This document shows positions 1 through 8,598 of a DNA stretch of 64,000 bases, piece by piece (the first letter of the stretch is position 1; the number at the start of each line of letters is the position of its first letter). Source of the stretch: Candidatus Omnitrophota bacterium (GTDB lineage Bacteria; Omnitrophota; Omnitrophia; Omnitrophales; Aquincolibacteriaceae). The translations under genes were made by a program, and so were the position numbers. The notes under the pieces are model-generated. The model saw only the letters and a program-made list of their open reading frames with translations, searched no databases and was not told the DNA's origin. Location: assembly GCA_903884815.1 (NCBI GenBank), contig CAISGE010000070.1, forward strand, positions 22,080 through 86,079. The letters are read 5' to 3'.

Positions 1-2
1 AA

Positions 3-80
3 CAAAAGGGCTCATTCGGCATGATCGTCAAGGCCACCAAGTCCAAGCTGGCGCTTTACCTTCCCAAAAAGCCCGCCTGA
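3..80 (+). CDS. 3' end of an upstream gene, running in from before the window (frame 3: ...GSFGMIVKATKSKLALYLPKKPA*); product unknown
   Basis: Open frame from the window start to TGA at 78-80, with high-GC3 codon usage typical of this genome. There is no recognisable domain in 26 aa. Confidence 0.25.
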   Translation, partial: QKGSFGMIVKATKSKLALYLPKKPA

Positions 81-128
81 TATTAAAATAGCAGGGTGTA
101 TCGAGTAGGTCTTAGAGGAATTCCCAGT

Positions 129-914
129 TCAGAGGGTGCTTTTTTCCTCGATGAAGCCCTGCAGGCTTCGGATCAACCTTTCGGAGGTTCCACAGACAAA
201 AACGGGAAATACAGACGGAACATTCTTCCGAGCCTCCTCCGCAAGGGGAGGCTGACAAACGGCCGCAAATCCCGCGTTCTTGCGCAGCGCCGTCCCGGAA
301 AGCCCCGCCAGGATCTTTTCGATGTCGGACGCCTCGGTATCCTCCCGGTACTGCGTCAGGAAAAAGTCGGGACGGAAATCCGGGATCCGGGCGATCGCGT
401 CGGCTTCATCACTTTCATGCAGGACGGTATGGCCCTGGGACCTGAAAAAATCCGCCACCCGCTCAAAAGTGAAATCCTTTGCGGCGCGGAGAATGATCCT
501 CTTCCGCTTCTCAAAGGCCTTGAGCCGGGCCGCCCTTTCTTCCGCTTCCGGGCCGATCACCTCGTAAACTTTCGCCATCAAGGTCTCCGCATTAAAGGGC
601 TTGCTCAAGAAACTGCAAATATCCCACGTGTCAAAAAAGGCCCGCATGTCCTCGTGCGCCGAAATGATGATGATGGGGATCTGCTTCCGCTTCCCGGCGT
701 GGATCTTCTTGAGCTCATTCCAGAACTCATACCCGGTCAGCCCCGGCATCCTGACATCGGAGATGATCAGGTCCGGCTCTTCGCGCAGGGTCATCGCCAG
801 GGCTTCGGCCCCGTTGCCCGCCTTGAGCACCTCAAAACCGTTGTCCAGGAGGACGTATTCGATGGACTCCACGATCTCCGCCTCGTCATCCACCACCAGG
901 ACCTTATATTTCAT
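129..914 (-). CDS. Response regulator: N-terminal CheY-like receiver domain plus an uncharacterised C-terminal domain
   Basis: Internal start MKYKVLVVDDEAEIVESI...ISDVRMPGLTGYEF...KPF is a canonical REC signature with a phospho-acceptor Asp in ISDVRMP. The upstream 79 aa of the ORF-track ORF lack any signature, so the start was moved to the MKYK Met at 914. Confidence 0.8.
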   Translation of the reverse strand: MKYKVLVVDDEAEIVESIEYVLLDNGFEVLKAGNGAEALAMTLREEPDLIISDVRMPGLTGYEFWNELKKIHAGKRKQIPIIIISAHEDMRAFFDTWDICSFLSKPFNAETLMAKVYEVIGPEAEERAARLKAFEKRKRIILRAAKDFTFERVADFFRSQGHTVLHESDEADAIARIPDFRPDFFLTQYREDTEASDIEKILAGLSGTALRKNAGFAAVCQPPLAEEARKNVPSVFPVFVCGTSERLIRSLQGFIEEKSTL

Positions 915-1189
915 CGCACACGTCTCTCCCGTTATTACAGAATCATCCAAATGACTTCTCCCTCCGAAACAGTCCTTTATCGGCCAACAGCACCCTAAAA
1001 TAGACCTCCAATTTAAACAGGCGGGGTCTGGCTCTATTTTTGATCCTAAGAAATGGTACCTGCCCCTTTTTTTTGATCCCCGGCGCACCGCCTTCCCACC
1101 CCCAAAAACCCCAATATATGCTATAGTTTTCTCGGGAGAATGGCATAACAATAAGGAATAAATTCTATCATCCTGGGAGGGGATCGTTT

Positions 1190-1693
1190 ATGAAAAGCAT
1201 CAAAAAGGGATTCACGCTTGTTGAAGTCTTGATCGTGGTCGTAATCATCGCCATTCTCGCATCACTCATCGTCCCGCGCATGCTGATGCAAACCGAAAAA
1301 GCCAAAGCGGCGGAGGCCATGCAGGCAGTTGGTATTATCAAGCGTGCCGCGGAAAGACTCTACGACTTTTCCGGATCTTTCAATATCCCCAGCCAATATA
1401 ACAGTATTTACACATACCGTCCGGGAATGGGCACTAACACGGGCGATTTCGTGGACCTTGGAGTTACAGGGATGGAGAAGTCACAAAGCTGGGACTTTCA
1501 CTATTGGGTCACCGGTACCGGTACAGGAATGGGAATTCGAGCGAGTAACAACAGCCCTGACGGCACCTACAATGCAATGGTGTACACATATCCTCCCAAT
1601 GCACTGGGTAGCTGGGCCTGCAGCGGCGTATTCAAGGCTATTAATGCCACCGCCAACCATCCTGATAATTCTGATATAGGCTGCACGATTTAA
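1190..1693 (+). CDS. Type IV pilin-like / type II secretion pseudopilin (prepilin N-terminal cleavage/methylation domain protein)
   Basis: MKSIKKGFTLVEVLIVVVIIAILASLIVP: the G|FTLVE prepilin peptidase site with Glu at +5, followed by a hydrophobic helix. RBS GGGAGGGG lies 7 nt upstream of the ATG. Confidence 0.85.
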   Translation: MKSIKKGFTLVEVLIVVVIIAILASLIVPRMLMQTEKAKAAEAMQAVGIIKRAAERLYDFSGSFNIPSQYNSIYTYRPGMGTNTGDFVDLGVTGMEKSQSWDFHYWVTGTGTGMGIRASNNSPDGTYNAMVYTYPPNALGSWACSGVFKAINATANHPDNSDIGCTI

Positions 1694-1766
1694 TAAGATA
1701 GGCTGAATTTGGGCTTGCCTGCCAGCAGGTAGGGATTTGGATTTTAAAAAATAGTGCCTCCCCCCT

Positions 1767-2417
1767 TTAAACCGCAAGGACGTAGAGGAGCATTCCGAGG
1801 CGAGAGCCGAAGAGCTTTTCGGGAGAGAGGCGCAACGGCAGGACGTTCAGGCCACCGGTTTTGAGGATTCGCATACCGTTGTGGAGTTCTTTGAGACGTG
1901 AAGGCGTAAATGGCACTTCCTTGATCCCCGGCATCACAAGGGGCCGGACAAATTCCCACCAGGAATAGCAATTCGGTACAAAGGTCGCAACAATCCCGTT
2001 CTCTTTTTTGAGCATCCTGAAACGATCCATGAGGCGCTGCTGGTCCGCGCTCGAAAAATGCTCGAAAAGTCCGTCCGTAAAAATCAGGTCAAACTTCCCC
2101 GCATAGGACTCCGTCCAACCCTCGCGAAAAAGATCTTCCTGAAGATAGGCCTCGCACTTTCCGTGGGTGTTCTTGCGCGTGATCTCAAGCGAAGCCGCCG
2201 AATGGTCCAGAGACCATACGCGGCAGCCTTTGTTCATAAAATAGGACGAAAAAAATCCCGAGCCGCAACCGGCGTCCAAAACTTCCATGCCTTCGCGGAC
2301 AACATCGTCCAGGACTTCCATGATACGAACCTTGCTCCAGCTTTTTTGAGTAAAACGCCGAGTCCCCGTCGCGCTCCAAAAGCGATCCCAGTTCTCCCTC
2401 TTGACGCCGTGTTCCAT
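1767..2417 (-). CDS. Class I SAM-dependent methyltransferase
   Basis: VLDAGCGSGFFSS (motif I, GxGxG) and DLIFTDGLFEH (motif II region). The start was trimmed to MEHGVK at 2417 so it abuts the stop of the upstream GT2 gene; the longer ORF would overlap that gene. Confidence 0.8.
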   Translation of the reverse strand: MEHGVKRENWDRFWSATGTRRFTQKSWSKVRIMEVLDDVVREGMEVLDAGCGSGFFSSYFMNKGCRVWSLDHSAASLEITRKNTHGKCEAYLQEDLFREGWTESYAGKFDLIFTDGLFEHFSSADQQRLMDRFRMLKKENGIVATFVPNCYSWWEFVRPLVMPGIKEVPFTPSRLKELHNGMRILKTGGLNVLPLRLSPEKLFGSRLGMLLYVLAV

Positions 2418-2418
2418 A

Positions 2419-3393
2419 CTATCTCCGGACCTTAAACCCGAAGCGCAGCACGCCCTGCATCGCGCCCCAGCCCCAGGCAAAACAGCGCGCAAATTGCACG
2501 GGAATGCCATACACCGCCGCTGCCGGATCTCGTTTAAAGATAAAACCGAAATTGTTCAAGCAGGAGACAAAAAGAAAGAAAAAGAGCAATGCCGGAATGA
2601 CGCAAAGGCCACGGACAGGCAACAGGAGAAGCGAAAGCGGCAAAAGACCCGAAGCCAGGACCTGATATTTCGCGAGTCCTCCGGTATATACATCGCCGTT
2701 TCTTTTGTCGGGATGATCATTATAAAGTTTGATACGGTCAAATCCACGGCGCGCCTGATTTTTCATGTAAGGCCAGAACGCCTCGGGATGCTCATGCGCG
2801 ACAATCGCCTCCGGCGCGAACAAAATCTTGTAGCGGCGCGAGATCCGGTAGGTCAGATCCCAGTCCTCCCCGCTCGGAGCTTTGTAGGATTCCTCAAAAC
2901 CACCCATTGCCTCGAGGATCTTTTTCCTTATGGCAAGATTGTAGGCCCCGTGCGCGTCCACCACACCCCGGACATTGCGATAACGCCACGCGATCTCATG
3001 TCCTGCGAAACGGGCGAGGACATTTTCTTCGTTGAAGGTCCGGTAAGTCCCAGCGACACCGGCAATGTCATCGGAGGTGAAAGAGATGAGCAATTTCTCA
3101 ATCCAATCCTTATCCGGGACACAATCCCCGTCGGTAAAGATCACGACATCTGCCTGCGCAGCGCGCCAGGCAATATTACGGGAAGCCGCCGGACCTTGAT
3201 TGGTGTTGCGTATGAGACGGATCAGGGGATGCTGCTTCGCGTAGCTTTCGATCACGCCCGCCGTCCCGTCTTTTGAACCGTCATCCACGAACACGATCTC
3301 CTCCGGCATGCGGGACTGGGCCAAGAGGCTCTCGATAAGCCGAGCTATATGCTTTTCTTCGTTGTAAACCGCGGAGACGACCGCAATTCTCAT
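2419..3393 (-). CDS. Family 2 glycosyltransferase (GT-A fold)
   Basis: MRIAVVSAVYNEEKHIARLIESLLAQ...VFVDDGSKDGT...TDGDCVP is the GT2 signature (DXD/DGD). Start chosen at MRIAVV (3393), which forms an ATGA 4-nt overlap with the upstream B12-rSAM stop. There is a C-terminal TM segment. Confidence 0.85.
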   Translation of the reverse strand: MRIAVVSAVYNEEKHIARLIESLLAQSRMPEEIVFVDDGSKDGTAGVIESYAKQHPLIRLIRNTNQGPAASRNIAWRAAQADVVIFTDGDCVPDKDWIEKLLISFTSDDIAGVAGTYRTFNEENVLARFAGHEIAWRYRNVRGVVDAHGAYNLAIRKKILEAMGGFEESYKAPSGEDWDLTYRISRRYKILFAPEAIVAHEHPEAFWPYMKNQARRGFDRIKLYNDHPDKRNGDVYTGGLAKYQVLASGLLPLSLLLLPVRGLCVIPALLFFFLFVSCLNNFGFIFKRDPAAAVYGIPVQFARCFAWGWGAMQGVLRFGFKVRR

Positions 3394-4886
3394 GACGCCT
3401 TTTCCCGTGTGAGTAGTTTTTTGATGAAGAAGCCGAACCCGTAAAGGATCCGGGAACACTCCTGCGGAGAAACCAGGCATTGCCACAGTTTTCGCAGCAT
3501 GAATAACGGGCGCAGGTAGAACTCATGGTAAGCGCGGTCCGTGAACTTCGCGATTGCCTCGCCGGTCAGTTCGCCCCGGTGGACTTGGGAAGCGTAATAG
3601 CCGCTGCCCCGTAGCCACTCGTCATAATTCTCGGAATCCAGCTCTCCACTCGCCTTCGCTTCTTCATAAGCACGCGTCCCGGGATAGACCATGATCGGGA
3701 AAAACTGCGCGGTGTCGAGATTCATACGCTTGGCCATTTCCAGTGTTCCCCGCATCGTCGCGGGCGTTTCATTCGCGCCGCCGAAAAGGAAACAACCATG
3801 GATCATGATCCCGGCCTCGGCGCAGGCCTTCACGAAACGTTCCCGTATTTGGATCGTGGCGCCGCCTTTTTTCATCTCATCCAGGATCGCCTGGTCCGCG
3901 GACTCGAATCCCACGCAGAAAAGCCGGCAACCTGCTTTTTTCATAAGCTTGAGGAGCGCCACATCGTCAAAATCTGCGCGCGCGTTTCCGGACCACGTCA
4001 CCTTGAGGCCACGTCGCAAGATCTCTTCCGAAAGCTGGCGCATGCGGTCCTTATCGACGGTCAGCGTGTCATCTTCGAACATGATCTCTTTATTGTGAGG
4101 CCAGGTCTTTTGGATAAATTCCATCTCATCGACGACGTCCTTCACGGAACGCGGCCGGTAGCGTTGGCCGGTGATCGTCTGGGGGAAGACGCAGAACGTG
4201 CACTGATAAGGGCAACCGCGGCCGCTGACGATCGTCACCTCAGGATGGAGTTGTGCGCCGTAGCTGTAATGCTCGATCTTTAGAAAATCACGATAGATCA
4301 GACTCGCCCAAGGAATCTCATCCAGATTCTCGTGCCAGGGACGGCGTTCGTTGAGAATAAGCTGTTCATCCAAGCGGTAGGCGATCCCCTGAACGCCGGA
4401 AAGCCCCGCGCGACTCTTCCCCTGATCAAAATGCCGAACAACTTCAAGGATTGTAAAATCGTACTCCCCCACCGCTACTATATCCAGCCTCGACGACATC
4501 TTGAGGGTTTCCAGAGGACGTGCGGTGGGATGCGTCCCCACGAGCATCGTCATGGCCCCCGTCTTTTGAGCCAGCCGTTCCATCGCCTGAACATCATGAA
4601 AGACCGAGGCGGTCACGGTGGTGGCCACGATAAGATCCGGTTGGAATTTCTCGACGCGCTCTTCGGTACGCGCGAGATCATAATCTTTCGCCGGGGCGTC
4701 CAGAAAATCGATCGTAAACCCGTGCTTACGGACCAATCCCGCGGCCAGAGAAAGATAGATGGGATAATAAAGGGTCCCGGAGGGCGCCACACCCGGAGAG
4801 CGGCTTTCCCTTGTGAAACGGGAGTGGTAAGGGATATTCAAGAAAAATACTTTCACGCGTTTGTCCTTTCGCGAGACTGATGCCAC
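3390..4886 (-). CDS. B12-binding domain radical SAM protein (class B rSAM; putative methyltransferase or other C-C chemistry)
   Basis: N-terminal Rossmann-like B12-binding region (LIVATTVTAS...MLVGTHPT), then a radical SAM core GRGCPYQCTFC (CxxxCxxC). GTG start at 4886, with an alternative GTG 10 codons in. Confidence 0.85.
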   Translation of the reverse strand: MASVSRKDKRVKVFFLNIPYHSRFTRESRSPGVAPSGTLYYPIYLSLAAGLVRKHGFTIDFLDAPAKDYDLARTEERVEKFQPDLIVATTVTASVFHDVQAMERLAQKTGAMTMLVGTHPTARPLETLKMSSRLDIVAVGEYDFTILEVVRHFDQGKSRAGLSGVQGIAYRLDEQLILNERRPWHENLDEIPWASLIYRDFLKIEHYSYGAQLHPEVTIVSGRGCPYQCTFCVFPQTITGQRYRPRSVKDVVDEMEFIQKTWPHNKEIMFEDDTLTVDKDRMRQLSEEILRRGLKVTWSGNARADFDDVALLKLMKKAGCRLFCVGFESADQAILDEMKKGGATIQIRERFVKACAEAGIMIHGCFLFGGANETPATMRGTLEMAKRMNLDTAQFFPIMVYPGTRAYEEAKASGELDSENYDEWLRGSGYYASQVHRGELTGEAIAKFTDRAYHEFYLRPLFMLRKLWQCLVSPQECSRILYGFGFFIKKLLTREKAS

Positions 4887-4928
4887 CTTGAGATTCCGGA
4901 AGAACCTGCCTCAATTTTTTGTTATTAT

Positions 4929-5567
4929 ATGCTTCCGGAGGATAAAATCCAAAAGATGAATGCCGCCATGATCTTCCAACCTCTCCTTGCGGGTCTCTCG
5001 GTTGGTGCCTTCTGTCTCACTTACTGCTTCCCCTTCATGGGCGCGTTCTTCGGCGCCGAGCCGCGGGGCCTAAAAAAAGACTTCCGTGTGCTTCTGGAAT
5101 TCTTGTTGGGACGCCTTGCCGGCTATCTTTGCTTCGGACTGCTTGTGGGTTATCTTGGAGAAAGATTCGACCCCCGGTGGCTGCGCCTGGCCACCAACAT
5201 TTCATTCGTTGTTTTATCGCTCGCGCTTTTTCTCTACCTCCTCGGCCTGGTCCGTGAAATCCCTCTTTGCAAAACACCGCGCTGGCTTGAGGGCAAACAC
5301 CCGGCGCTTATGGGGTTCCTGATGGGGATCAACCTTTGCCCCCCGTTCCTCCTTTCTATCACCTATGTTTTTTCACGGCAGAGTCCGCTGTACGGGATGC
5401 TGTACTTCGCGATTTTCTTTCTCTCGAGCTCGGTTTATTTCTTGCCGCTCGTGTTCATCGGACTGGCTTCGCAGGCAAAAGCCTTCCGGAGCATGGCCCG
5501 CACAAGCGGCTTTCTCGTCGCCGGGATCTTTTTCATTTACGGGATCTATTCCCTGATACGGAGTTAG
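4929..5567 (+). CDS. Polytopic membrane protein (about 6 TM; TauE/SafE- or DsbD-like transporter fold), function unknown
   Basis: Hydropathy shows six hydrophobic helices. There is a CxxxC pair in TM1 (FCLTYCF). Assignment rests on ORF length and codon usage only. Confidence 0.55.
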   Translation: MLPEDKIQKMNAAMIFQPLLAGLSVGAFCLTYCFPFMGAFFGAEPRGLKKDFRVLLEFLLGRLAGYLCFGLLVGYLGERFDPRWLRLATNISFVVLSLALFLYLLGLVREIPLCKTPRWLEGKHPALMGFLMGINLCPPFLLSITYVFSRQSPLYGMLYFAIFFLSSSVYFLPLVFIGLASQAKAFRSMARTSGFLVAGIFFIYGIYSLIRS

Positions 5568-5577
5568 GAGACCTTTT

Positions 5578-5883
5578 ATGTGGAAATGGTTTGCCTCAGT
5601 CGACCGTCATGCCCGGTGGATCCTCGCCCTGATCATGCTGCTTTTCATTATCACCGGCCTCGGGATCACCAAAGGCCTCATGGACACGCGGTTGGCTAAA
5701 GAGCTGCATGAGAATATCCTACCGATCCCGTTTTATATTCTGATCATCCTGCATATTTTCTACTCCCTGCCATCGCAACTGCTCCGGTGGAGAGTTTTCA
5801 GAAACGAGCGCACCGCGGAGGCCTATTCACTCCTGACGGCGGCGATCCTGCTCGTCCTCTTCTTCTGGCTGCACTTCCGATGA
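5578..5883 (+). CDS. Small 3-TM membrane protein, hypothetical
   Basis: RBS AGGAGA 8 nt upstream of the ATG. It has three hydrophobic helices. Its TGA overlaps ATGA-style with a possible start of the downstream radical SAM gene. Confidence 0.5.
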   Translation: MWKWFASVDRHARWILALIMLLFIITGLGITKGLMDTRLAKELHENILPIPFYILIILHIFYSLPSQLLRWRVFRNERTAEAYSLLTAAILLVLFFWLHFR

Positions 5884-7016
5884 ATTCCGACAACAGGAAT
5901 CCGCAGCCCCTAGCCTTCTTGCTCCTGTTCCTCCTCCTCGGGACATCGGTCTTTTTTATTTATACCCGTGAACGAGCCCTGCAGGCAGAGCGCACCGAAT
6001 CAGCCACCGCCCATGAAGCCCGGTATTATGAGCCGATACCCCACAGCAACATGCTCCAATGCTTTCTTTGCCCGACACGGTGCGTCCTTTCCTCGGGCCA
6101 GTGGGGCGCCTGCAAGGCGAGGAAGAATATCGGCGGGAAGCTTTATTCGATGGTCTACGGCAAGCTTCCGACCGTGCACGTCGACCCTATCGAGAAAAAA
6201 CCACTTTTCCACTTCCTCCCCGGGAGCCTGGCCTTTTCGATCTCCTCGACAGGGTGCAACATGCGCTGCCTTTTTTGCCAAAATGCCGATATTTCACAGT
6301 GTTTTCCGGGCGACATTCCCACGGAGAACTGGACTCCGGTAGAGGTTGTCAATCGGGCCCTCGCCTCCGGAGCGCAATCGATTGCCTTTACCTACAATGA
6401 ACCCGTGATCAACTATGAGTTCATGCTCGAGACCGCGAGGCTCGCAAAAGTCCGAGGACTCCGTACCGTCGTTATTTCAAATGGCTACATCGAGGATAAA
6501 CCGCTGCGGGAACTCTTGCCATACCTCGATGCCTACAAAGTGGATCTCAAGTCGTTCAGCCAGCATTTCTACAGGAAATACACGGGAGGGACTCTGGACG
6601 CCGTCCTAAAGAGCCTCAAGATCATCAAGGAAAGCGGCGTCTGGCTTGAAATCGTCACGCTCCTTGTCCCCGGAGAAAATGACAGCCCGCAAGAGATCCG
6701 CGCCATGGCTCAATGGATCCGTAAGAATCTCGGCGACAGCGTGCCGCTTCACTTCAGCCGGTTCTTCCCGCAGTACAAATTGCAGAACCTGCCGCCCACG
6801 CCGCCGGAGACGATCGTCAGGGCGCGACGGATCGCGATGGAAGAGGGCCTGAAATTCGTTTATACCGGCAACGTCGCTTATCCGGAAGGTGAGGCGACCT
6901 ATTGCCCCGACTCGAAGGAACAAGTGATCGTCCGCCAAGGTTATTTCATCCTCGCCAACCATTTGAAAAACGGAGCCTGCCCCGATGGAGAAAAAATCCC
7001 TGGTATCTGGAAATAG
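5880..7016 (+). CDS. AmmeMemoRadiSam system radical SAM enzyme (AmmeMemoSam_rS; PflA-like activase family)
   Basis: CFLCPTRCVLSSGQWGAC...GCNMRCLFCQN is the N-terminal Cys cluster plus CxxxCxxC core characteristic of this rSAM family. The start is ambiguous. ATG 5880 overlaps the upstream stop (ATGA) and would add an N-terminal hydrophobic segment (LAFLLLFLLLGTSVFFIY). ATG 6051 (MLQCFLCP) gives a canonical cytoplasmic enzyme of about 321 aa. Confidence 0.85.
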   Translation: MNSDNRNPQPLAFLLLFLLLGTSVFFIYTRERALQAERTESATAHEARYYEPIPHSNMLQCFLCPTRCVLSSGQWGACKARKNIGGKLYSMVYGKLPTVHVDPIEKKPLFHFLPGSLAFSISSTGCNMRCLFCQNADISQCFPGDIPTENWTPVEVVNRALASGAQSIAFTYNEPVINYEFMLETARLAKVRGLRTVVISNGYIEDKPLRELLPYLDAYKVDLKSFSQHFYRKYTGGTLDAVLKSLKIIKESGVWLEIVTLLVPGENDSPQEIRAMAQWIRKNLGDSVPLHFSRFFPQYKLQNLPPTPPETIVRARRIAMEEGLKFVYTGNVAYPEGEATYCPDSKEQVIVRQGYFILANHLKNGACPDGEKIPGIWK

Positions 7017-8598
7017 ACCTGAAATCTCAAATCTCAAATTTCAAATAGCGCTTCTGACCGCCATTCTTTCCCTGGCCTTCACACTCCCGTCCCCCGCGGT
7101 GAAAGCGGCGCCGGAGCCGTCCCGCGTCCGCAAGGCCGCCGTGGCCGGAGGCTTTTATCCGGGGACCCCCAAAGAACTCATCGATTTTGTAGACGCCATG
7201 CTCCGCCAGGCGAACCCGCCCAAGATCGAGGGCCCGATCCTCGCGATCATGGTCCCACACGCCGGATATATCTATTCTGGACCTGTCGCCGCTTATGCCT
7301 ACAAAGAACTTGAGGGCCGCGACATCCGCACCGTGATCCTGATCGGCAACAGTCACCGCCATTATTTTGACGGCATCGGGATCGATGCGAAGGGCGCCTT
7401 CGAAACACCGCTGGGTCTCGTCCCTATCGATGAGGCCTTTGCAGAGAAGCTCCTTGCCGCGGATCCCGCCATCGTCGACCGCCCCGATATTCATGAAGGC
7501 GACCATGTCCTGGAGGTGCAACTTCCCTTCCTCCAGCGCGTTCTGAAATATTTCAAGATCGTGCCTATTCTCTTCAGCGGTGATTCACCCGAACTCGCCC
7601 GGAAGCTCGCCGGAGCCCTTGCCCCACTTCTGGATGAAAAAACACTGGTCGTCGCAAGCACCGACATGTCTCATTATCCGCCGTATGCCGAGGCCGGAGC
7701 CGCCGACAAGAAAACGCTCGACGCCATTCTGACCGGAAAAATGGAGAACCTGGATACCGATCTGAAGTCTCTCGAAACTCAACATGTCCCGCAAGCCGAA
7801 ACCTTTCTCTGCAGCCCGAGCGGCGTCCGTGTCGCGATGCTCCTGTCGCAGAACTTGGGGAAACTTCAGCCCGTTCTTTTGAGATACGCCAATTCGGGAG
7901 ATTCCCCAGCCGGCGAGAAGGGCCGCGTGGTCGGGTACGGCGCGATCGCTTTCGTTGCCCAAACCAGTGCGACACCCGCAACGCCCTCGCCCGCCGCCGC
8001 GGAAAAAGATACGCCCCACCCCCAGAAGCCCGAGGAAGGCATCTTGAAGAAATCCGAGCAAGACGAGCTCCTCCGGATTGCACGCTCGACCGTGGAGAGT
8101 CTCATCAAAACCGGGAAAGTACCAGATATCTCTCCCTCTTCCCCGGCCCTTCAACAACCACTCGGAGCCTTCGTCACTCTTAAGGAACGCGGCCAACTTC
8201 GCGGATGCATCGGCCGGTTTGAACCCACAGAACCACTTTACAAGATCGTTCAACAAATGGCGGTCTCCGCGGCGACCGAGGATCCCCGGTTCAGGCCCGT
8301 GAGTCCCGGTGAGCTGGATAAACTCGAATATGAGATCTCCGTCCTGAGCCCTTTGAGAAAGATTCCTGATGCGAACGCGATCGTGCTTGGAAAACACGGC
8401 GTGACGGTCTCAAAAGGATTCCATCACGGTGTATTCCTCCCTCAGGTTGCGACCGAAACGGGATGGAATAAAGAAGAATTCCTCGACGAACTTTGCAGCC
8501 AGAAAGCCGGCCTTCCACGTGATTGCTGGAAGGATCCGGCGGTGGACCTACAGGTTTTTACAGCCGAGGTCTTTACGGAAGAGAAAAAGAAGAACTAA
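6985..8598 (+). CDS. Fused AmmeMemoRadiSam system protein B (Memo/MEMO1 family) and protein A (AMMECR1 domain), with an N-terminal Sec signal peptide or signal anchor
   Basis: Memo motifs AVAGGFYPG and MVPHAGYIYSG...H. After a Pro/Ala-rich linker comes the AMMECR1 motif GAFVTLKERGQLRGCIGRFEP. The N-terminus (IALLTAILSLAFTLPSPAVKA|AP) looks like a signal peptide. The 5' end overlaps the rSAM gene by 32 nt, and there is no alternative in-frame start. Confidence 0.85.
   Translation: MEKKSLVSGNRPEISNLKFQIALLTAILSLAFTLPSPAVKAAPEPSRVRKAAVAGGFYPGTPKELIDFVDAMLRQANPPKIEGPILAIMVPHAGYIYSGPVAAYAYKELEGRDIRTVILIGNSHRHYFDGIGIDAKGAFETPLGLVPIDEAFAEKLLAADPAIVDRPDIHEGDHVLEVQLPFLQRVLKYFKIVPILFSGDSPELARKLAGALAPLLDEKTLVVASTDMSHYPPYAEAGAADKKTLDAILTGKMENLDTDLKSLETQHVPQAETFLCSPSGVRVAMLLSQNLGKLQPVLLRYANSGDSPAGEKGRVVGYGAIAFVAQTSATPATPSPAAAEKDTPHPQKPEEGILKKSEQDELLRIARSTVESLIKTGKVPDISPSSPALQQPLGAFVTLKERGQLRGCIGRFEPTEPLYKIVQQMAVSAATEDPRFRPVSPGELDKLEYEISVLSPLRKIPDANAIVLGKHGVTVSKGFHHGVFLPQVATETGWNKEEFLDELCSQKAGLPRDCWKDPAVDLQVFTAEVFTEEKKKN

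Noticed and set aside
96-998. 300-aa plus-strand ORF overlapping the response regulator gene
   Set aside because: It is antisense to a clear REC-domain gene. The protein is Arg/Gly/Pro-rich with no motifs, a typical high-GC shadow ORF.
1060-1185. Possible sigma54 promoter upstream of the pilin gene (tGGCATaacaaTAAGG)
   Set aside because: The GG-N10 spacing is present but the -12 GC dinucleotide is replaced by AG, so this is not a credible sigma54 site.
5787-5879. Upstream extension of the AmmeMemoRadiSam rSAM ORF to 5787
   Set aside because: It would overlap the preceding small membrane-protein gene by 97 nt. The ATGA-coupled start at 5880, or the ATG at 6051, is more plausible.
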